The notes under the pieces were generated by a model. That model worked only from the letters and a program-made list of their open reading frames with translations, was not told where the DNA came from and ran no database searches. A program made the position numbers and the translations under genes. This document shows, piece by piece, positions 58,102 through 64,000 of a stretch of DNA of 64,000 nt (position 1 is the stretch's first letter; the number at the start of each line of letters is the position of its first letter). Origin of the DNA: Eubacterium sp. UBA5416 (GTDB lineage Bacteria; Bacillota; Clostridia; Lachnospirales; Lachnospiraceae); assembly GCA_002409525.1 (NCBI GenBank), contig DHNM01000002.1, positions 512 through 64,511 of the forward strand, read 5' to 3'.

Positions 58102-59022
58102 TCAGCCTTTAACTGCTCCAACCATAACACCTTTTGTAAAATATTTTTGTATAAACGGATACACCAGGAGAATTGGCACCGTCGCTACAACCGTAGTTGC
58201 CATTTTGACCGACTGCTGCGGAGGCATCCCGAAAAGTCCCCAATCGATATCGCTCTCTGATGTCACAGCTTGTGTCATGAACACAATTCTTCGCAGCACA
58301 ACCTGAATGACCTCTTTCTTTGAATCTGAAATATACATCATCGCGTTAAAATAAGAATTCCAATGGCCGACTGCATAGAAAAGTGATACACTCGAGAGCA
58401 CAGGCTTTGACAGGGGAAGCATAATCTTTATAAAGATCTGCAGATCATTTCCGCCATCAATTCGTGCCGACTCTTCAAGCTCCATTGGCAGTCCCTGAAA
58501 GTAATTTTTGATAATAATCATGTTAAACGCATTGATCGCACCCGGCAGCCAGAGCGCCCAGAACGTATTCTTCAGATGCAGCACATCCGCAATCAATATA
58601 TAGGACGGAACCATACCTCCGGAAAAGAGCATCGTTACGATTACCATATTAATAAAGAAGTTCCTTCCCTTCAGGTAAGGCCTCGACAGTGGATACGCCA
58701 TCGTGCAGGAGAAAAACATATTGATAAATGTTCCGACTACTGTCACCACGATGGAATTCCACAGACCAAGGAGCGTTTTTCCGTCTTTAAATATGTACTC
58801 GAATGCGTTCGGTGAAAATGTATGCGGGATTAGGAAAAATGCACGCTCAGTAATTTCCTTTTCTGTCGCAAAGGATCCGGCCACAACATAGATAAACGGC
58901 AGCACCGTGATAATTGCGAAAATTGCAATAAACAGGTAGATGAGAACCTGTACAAACTGATCCAGCGGAGTCCTCTTAATCTTTTTGTGGGGAACCTTTT
59001 GTTTTGCTCTTATTTTTACCAT
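58102..59022 (-). CDS. Carbohydrate ABC transporter permease (LplC-like)
   Basis: MLFSGGMVP, LEESARIDG, YAVGHWNSYF, GVMVGAVKG; start moved to ATG 59022. Confidence 0.92.
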   Translation of the reverse strand: MVKIRAKQKVPHKKIKRTPLDQFVQVLIYLFIAIFAIITVLPFIYVVAGSFATEKEITERAFFLIPHTFSPNAFEYIFKDGKTLLGLWNSIVVTVVGTFINMFFSCTMAYPLSRPYLKGRNFFINMVIVTMLFSGGMVPSYILIADVLHLKNTFWALWLPGAINAFNMIIIKNYFQGLPMELEESARIDGGNDLQIFIKIMLPLSKPVLSSVSLFYAVGHWNSYFNAMMYISDSKKEVIQVVLRRIVFMTQAVTSESDIDWGLFGMPPQQSVKMATTVVATVPILLVYPFIQKYFTKGVMVGAVKG

Positions 59023-59038
59023 TTTCTTCTCCTCCACA

Positions 59039-59998
59039 TCAATAAAACCCAGATTCGCCGAATAATTTCGCAAGTTTATTTGCACCCAAAACCATGACCA
59101 TGCTCACTACAGATTTAAACAGCCCGGCAGCAGTCGCCAGTGAATAGTTACCGTTTACAACACCTTTTGTGTAAATATAGGTGTCAAATACATCAGACGC
59201 GCTTCGGTTCATGGAATTCTGCATCAGATAGATCTGCTCATACCCCGTATTCAGAATAGATCCAACTTTCAAAATTAACATGATTATAATCGTGGACTTT
59301 ATCGCCGGCAGCGTTACATGCCACATCTTCTGCCATCTGTTGGCACCGTCAATCTCGGCTGCCTCGTACAATTGCACATCGACACCGGAAAGAGCAGCCA
59401 GGAATATAATTGTCCCGTATCCGGTTTCCTTCCACATACTCTGTCCGACAATCATCGGGACAAACAGCTTCGGGTTTGACATCAGATCCGGCGCTTTATT
59501 TCCCATGATCATTTTCAGAAGATGATAGACAACACCGTCTGTCGTTGAAAACAGCTGCATCGTCAACGCACCTACAATTACAAATGATATAAAGTGCGGA
59601 ATATAGACCAGTGTCTGCGTCACCCTCTTGAATGCCATATTCTTTACTTCGTTCAGCATCAGTGCCAGTATGATCGGTGCCGGGAAGTAGAACACCAGAT
59701 TTACAATAGAGATTGATAACGTGTTCCTCAGCAGTCTTAAAAAATCAGGCCCGGTCATAAATTTTTTGAAATACTCTAATCCCACAAAGGGACTGTGCAT
59801 AATCGCCGAAATCGCTGAATTCCCATTATAAGGGCTGAAATCTTCAAAGGCCATCGCCAGTCCTCCCATAGGAAGGTAACAGAAGATCAGTAAATAAATC
59901 ACTCCGGGGATCAACATGATGTAAAGCCATTTGTGTGTTTTCCAGGAATTCTTCGCAGGTTTTGTGATACCCGTTTTCAGCTTTCTAATTTTACCCAT
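59039..59998 (-). CDS. Carbohydrate ABC transporter permease (LplB-like)
   Basis: YIPHFISFV, WKETGYGTIIFLAAL, LYEAAEIDGANRW. Confidence 0.92.
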   Translation of the reverse strand: MGKIRKLKTGITKPAKNSWKTHKWLYIMLIPGVIYLLIFCYLPMGGLAMAFEDFSPYNGNSAISAIMHSPFVGLEYFKKFMTGPDFLRLLRNTLSISIVNLVFYFPAPIILALMLNEVKNMAFKRVTQTLVYIPHFISFVIVGALTMQLFSTTDGVVYHLLKMIMGNKAPDLMSNPKLFVPMIVGQSMWKETGYGTIIFLAALSGVDVQLYEAAEIDGANRWQKMWHVTLPAIKSTIIIMLILKVGSILNTGYEQIYLMQNSMNRSASDVFDTYIYTKGVVNGNYSLATAAGLFKSVVSMVMVLGANKLAKLFGESGFY

Positions 59999-60250
59999 TC
60001 ATAACAAGCTCCTCTCGATTATTCGTTACAGCGGCCCCGCTTTGGGATCTATTGTATGCTCACACCATTAGGTTTGTAAATAATCATTTGATTACCTGTT
60101 TCACGAGCAGATATTCTAGTGTTTTCCTGGGTTTTATCATAATAATCATCTTATTATTTGGTCAAAATGATCATATTATGTCCACTGCATTTTTCTTTGA
60201 TTATCATGTTATAAAACGATACTTTAGAACAAAGCAGTTTAGAGGAGCGT

Positions 60251-60295
60251 AAAAAAGGATCATACGCTCATGCATGTAACAAAGCGTATGATCCT
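60251..60295 (-). terminator. Rho-independent terminator after the yesS-like gene
   Basis: aggatcatacgct (60256-60268) / agcgtatgatcct (60283-60295) 13-bp stem with an adjacent A-run. Confidence 0.8.
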
Positions 60296-60306
60296 GAAAT
60301 TTCTAA

Positions 60307-62526
60307 TTACTGAAAAGCACCTGCAGTTTTTTCTGCGGATCCCGAATCAGATGTCCGTGTCTTCTTATGTGCTGCTTCATCAATTCGGTGTTTCTTTCGA
60401 AACACCGCCGGTGTATCCCCCAAGTGTTTTTTGAAGAACCTTATAAAATTTTGAGCATTATTATATCTAAGTTTTTTTGCAATTTCAGCGATAGAAAAAT
60501 CAGTTACCGTCAACATATATTTCGCCTGTCTGATTTTCTCATCATTTACCATATCGGTGAATGTAACCCCATTTGTCTGCTTTAGAATTCTGCTCAGATA
60601 ATTCGGATGATAACTCAGCTGATCCGCACACTCATTCAACGTGATATTTCCTTTGTTTTCTTTAATCAGAGTAATAATCTGCCGGATAATTGTAGAATCA
60701 TTCCCCTTATCTTCAAGCTCTTGAATTTTCAATATGACTGGGTGTATGATCTCCTCCACAATTTTTCTGACAAGCTTCTTGGAATCATAAATTTTCTGAA
60801 ATCGATACAGAATATCATAATGATCGCTGTCGAAGATCTCAGTAAGTGCAATCTGATGAGAAGAGGGAATACTCAAAAGTGCCGTCAGTATACGAGCCAG
60901 ATAAAGGTTTCGTTCGATGCCAATTCCTTTTTTCGCATCCATATGGCGGATCAGTTCTTTCAGAAGCCTTATACTCTCCTCTTCCCTGCAGTCGCCGACT
61001 GCCTGAACAAGTTCTTCCGCCATCACCTTATCATAAACTGTATTCACCTGCCTGCGTATTGAGTAATCATCGAAAAGGACAAGAGTAGACGAACTCATAT
61101 TCTCCCAGTTAAAACTATCATAGGCTGTTTCACGGCACTCATTATATGCCTTTTCCGCAAAAGTAAGTTTATAAAACGGGCGGCTGATTCCACAGGCGAC
61201 AGCCTTCTGAAATTCTCTGCCGATAAAATCCTTAATATTTTTATATTGTAGAGCAGTTCGATCTTCAACTTCTCTCTCGTCTTCTCCTCCGATGATAAAC
61301 AAAAGCATCTCACCAAAGAAAATAGGTGCGATAAAAGTACTTTGACGCATTCCTTCCGGCATCACTGCCAATATTCGCTCATATGTTTCCCGCGGGACAT
61401 CAGCATCACTCTTGCAGATCATACCAACCATACGAAAGGAAGGACAGACGGCAATTTCCAGTTTTTTCAGGGACTCATTAATTTTACTTTCATTTAATGT
61501 TCCCTCAACCAGGTTTGACATCAGAAGTTCCTGAATCTGAGTCTCTCGGCTTTTTGCATAATCCTCAAGTTTATGAATGGGATTTGCGAAAGCCACAGCT
61601 GTCATTCGAATTAAAAATAACAGAAATCCAAATACACAGATGATTCCAATGGCTACAAATATAAAAGTAAGAGCATTTTTTTTGATCCAGCTTGTATTCG
61701 TTCCCACCAGGTAAGTCAACTGGCTGACATCTCCTGTTCGTGAGACGAGATTTCGATGTTTCCCATGGACATAAGCCTTTGTCATAGTGGGATTTGTCTC
61801 CAAAAGCGTATGCTCTTCTATTAAAACTGAAATATTATAACCCATCTTCTTATAACTGTCTGCAACAGACTTCAGTTCCTGAGGGTTCAGTTTCACGGAT
61901 ATCAGCCAGTTGAGATTACTGGTACCTGATCCATTTTTGATCATCAGCCGAAATCCGTCTGTGGGCAGACGATATCCAGGGACATAGTCAGAGATATCTG
62001 AACTTGATTTCGGTAGTTTTAGATTTTCCCCCTGAAGCCAGTACAGAGATAATGGTGTCTCTTTCTGGACACTCAGATAATTCACAGCTTCTTTTTTATT
62101 TTCCAAATTATCCAGGGCACACATTCCATAATTACTCAGCATCCAGCCATATTTCACGTTGATAAAAGCATAGCTCTCGACATACTTTTCCATGAAATAA
62201 TTTCCTTGTAGTTTTCTCTGGGCATGTTTCAGACCGCTGTATTCTGAATATGGAGGTTCCTTCTGCTGACTCAGCCAGTTGATCTCGTCTTCATTTGCTA
62301 CCTGAAAGTAATAATCCTTTAAGGATGAGAAAATATTCTCATATTCCCGTGAAATCTTTTCACTGTAGGAATCTAATTCAGTGTTGCTTTTTTCTGACTC
62401 GCTTTTGATATAAATTCGGCTGGAAATGATCCCCATAATCAGAAGTGGGACCGTGACAAGTATTAGCAGCTTCATAAACATCTGCTTTTCGTAAGTAAGC
62501 GAATCAATCACTTTTTTAAGACGCAT
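60307..62526 (-). CDS. Large membrane-anchored AraC family regulator (YesS-like)
   Basis: 739 aa; two TM helices; ITLNECADQLSYHPNYLSR, IAEIAKKLRYNNAQNFIRFFKK; adjacent to yesU as in the B. subtilis yes cluster. Confidence 0.88.
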   Translation of the reverse strand: MRLKKVIDSLTYEKQMFMKLLILVTVPLLIMGIISSRIYIKSESEKSNTELDSYSEKISREYENIFSSLKDYYFQVANEDEINWLSQQKEPPYSEYSGLKHAQRKLQGNYFMEKYVESYAFINVKYGWMLSNYGMCALDNLENKKEAVNYLSVQKETPLSLYWLQGENLKLPKSSSDISDYVPGYRLPTDGFRLMIKNGSGTSNLNWLISVKLNPQELKSVADSYKKMGYNISVLIEEHTLLETNPTMTKAYVHGKHRNLVSRTGDVSQLTYLVGTNTSWIKKNALTFIFVAIGIICVFGFLLFLIRMTAVAFANPIHKLEDYAKSRETQIQELLMSNLVEGTLNESKINESLKKLEIAVCPSFRMVGMICKSDADVPRETYERILAVMPEGMRQSTFIAPIFFGEMLLFIIGGEDEREVEDRTALQYKNIKDFIGREFQKAVACGISRPFYKLTFAEKAYNECRETAYDSFNWENMSSSTLVLFDDYSIRRQVNTVYDKVMAEELVQAVGDCREEESIRLLKELIRHMDAKKGIGIERNLYLARILTALLSIPSSHQIALTEIFDSDHYDILYRFQKIYDSKKLVRKIVEEIIHPVILKIQELEDKGNDSTIIRQIITLIKENKGNITLNECADQLSYHPNYLSRILKQTNGVTFTDMVNDEKIRQAKYMLTVTDFSIAEIAKKLRYNNAQNFIRFFKKHLGDTPAVFRKKHRIDEAAHKKTRTSDSGSAEKTAGAFQ

Positions 62527-62541
62527 CGTCCCGGCCTCCCT

Positions 62542-63207
62542 TTAACTCAAACGATACACCCTAAGATTTTTATATTTAGCTGTAAGAGGAGCCAATTGGC
62601 GAAAACCGATTTTTCCTCCGCCTAAAAGAGGGCCATGCATCTTTTGGTCATCTCGATATGTAAATACGCAAAGATCATTTACGGAAAATGTTACCATGTT
62701 TTCTTTCTTCTCCACCGTGATCCTGTAGAATTCATCTGCGTCTTCTGCGTCTGGAATCGGATCTGCACCCTGCGCCACCAGATAAAATCCTTTACTTTTT
62801 CTCAAATTACATGTGTGAAATGCTCTTTCATCTGGCTCTTTCCTTCGAAAATACGAAACATGGAAGGTATTGATATCTCCACTGTGGTATTGAACATATT
62901 CTCCATTCCTCCTATGCAGGGCCGGATCAAAAAGGTCTTCTCCATGAAGGCCTTTTGCAGCGAAAAAGAGCATACATAGTCCTCTGTTCGTCACCGGCAT
63001 AAATTCCCATTCTATTCTGATATCAGATGGAAACTCCCTGGGACACCACAAAACATAATTAGCCTTTTGTCCCATTCTGTCATCCAGGGTATTCTTCACC
63101 GTCATACTATTTCCATCAAAACTTAAATCTGCCCTTCCCTCAAGAATAAAACTCTTCAGGTCCTCTTTGTTTTTCATCGGGTTTTCATAAAGCAATTCTT
63201 CCTTCAT
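62542..63207 (-). CDS. yesU: YesU family protein (DUF1961)
   Basis: GLCMLFFAA.G..GEDLFDP, YHSGDIN..H.SYFRRK..ERAF.TCNLRKS.GF, GKIGFRQ follow B. subtilis YesU. Confidence 0.9.
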   Translation of the reverse strand: MKEELLYENPMKNKEDLKSFILEGRADLSFDGNSMTVKNTLDDRMGQKANYVLWCPREFPSDIRIEWEFMPVTNRGLCMLFFAAKGLHGEDLFDPALHRRNGEYVQYHSGDINTFHVSYFRRKEPDERAFHTCNLRKSKGFYLVAQGADPIPDAEDADEFYRITVEKKENMVTFSVNDLCVFTYRDDQKMHGPLLGGGKIGFRQLAPLTAKYKNLRVYRLS

Positions 63208-63292
63208 TTATCCCTCCTCCTTCCTGTTTTTGCATACATCTGTTGGATAATCGCATAGTACAAACCTATCATCAGAAATTTTGGGATTGAGA

Positions 63293-63838
63293 CTATAGAT
63301 CCTTTACCATCAAAATATCGTCAGCATAGGTTCCATCCTTATATTTATTTGCATTGGGAATCCTTCCGCATTCCTTGAAGCCAACACTTTCATACAAATG
63401 GTATGCACCATCATTTCCCTCAACTACGGCCAGCTCAACCTGCTCAAAACCCGCGTTTTTTACCTCCTGGACAATCTTATTCAGCATGATTCTGCCCAGA
63501 CCTTCTCCAGTATGTTTTTGAAAAAGAGCAATACTGATTTCAGCACGATGATCCAGTCTCCTACTGCCGGTCATACTTTTAAATGTACAGTTTCCCGCAT
63601 AATCCCCGTCAATAAAAGCCAATAACATAAGCTGGTCATCTGCTTTATTATGTTCATCAATATACTTCTTCTCCTGTTCAACCGTATAATTAATCTCATC
63701 GGAAGCTCGCAGCAAATACCTGGTTTCTCCGGATACTGTTTTATAATAATCCAGCACCATAGCTGCCTCATCGGGGCGCGGACATCTTATGACAACATCT
63801 TTTCCATTTACCTCAAATTTTTCCGGCTTAATCTTCAT
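63293..63838 (-). CDS. GNAT family N-acetyltransferase (RimJ/L-like)
   Basis: TGEGLGR acetyl-CoA loop, L.VVEGN..A.HLYESVGF.ECG. Confidence 0.9.
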   Translation of the reverse strand: MKIKPEKFEVNGKDVVIRCPRPDEAAMVLDYYKTVSGETRYLLRASDEINYTVEQEKKYIDEHNKADDQLMLLAFIDGDYAGNCTFKSMTGSRRLDHRAEISIALFQKHTGEGLGRIMLNKIVQEVKNAGFEQVELAVVEGNDGAYHLYESVGFKECGRIPNANKYKDGTYADDILMVKDL

Positions 63839-64000
63839 ATAAAATATCTCTCCTATTCGTTTTTACGTATCGATTAAATAAAGTTATCAGAATCCCCGGC
63901 TCATTTTTTTATATTTTTTATCATAACACATTATAAGAGTTTTATCTATTCGTTTCCGGATTTGATACCGGTTCAAAGAAGTCTCTGCTTTAATTTTTAA

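Noticed and set aside
3288-59998. Four sugar ABC systems lacking ATPase genes
   Set aside because: Normal in Firmicutes, where a shared MsmX/MsmK-type ATPase is encoded elsewhere
289-63877. Numerous 60-230 aa antisense or alternative-frame ORFs nested in long genes
   Set aside because: Shadow ORFs without RBS or family motifs, fully overlapping well-supported CDSs

Overview
A 64-kb stretch of a Gram-positive (Clostridia, probably Lachnospiraceae-like) chromosome that is almost entirely one pectin-utilisation supercluster, mostly on the minus strand. It carries homologues of the Bacillus subtilis yes/yet/lpl rhamnogalacturonan-I (RG-I) genes (YesR, YesU, YetA/PL26, two PL11 lyases, two CE12 acetylesterase domains, YesS-like and YesM/YesN-like regulators). 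It also has a GH112 phosphorylase, a homogalacturonan module (PL1, PL22/Ogl, YteR), four sugar-type ABC importers and one Opp/Dpp-type importer. The most striking feature is a two-gene operon at 10832-17866: a 2072-aa secreted CE12-PL11 enzyme ending in FIVAR repeats and a dockerin, directly followed by a small single-cohesin protein with a sortase-type anchor. This looks like a minimal cohesin-dockerin 'pectinosome' for RG-I. Other notable items: a second, cytoplasmic PL11-CE12 fusion in reversed domain order; a bifidobacterial GL-BP-like importer; an OPT plus stand-alone PqqD cassette; a 52-bp duplicated terminator flanking a decayed RelE/Phd toxin-antitoxin relic; a deleted deacetylase remnant; a promoter motif shared by two operons; and a multi-hairpin 5' leader. 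No rRNA, tRNA, CRISPR array or intact transposase was seen. All family calls come from motif recognition by eye, not database searches.
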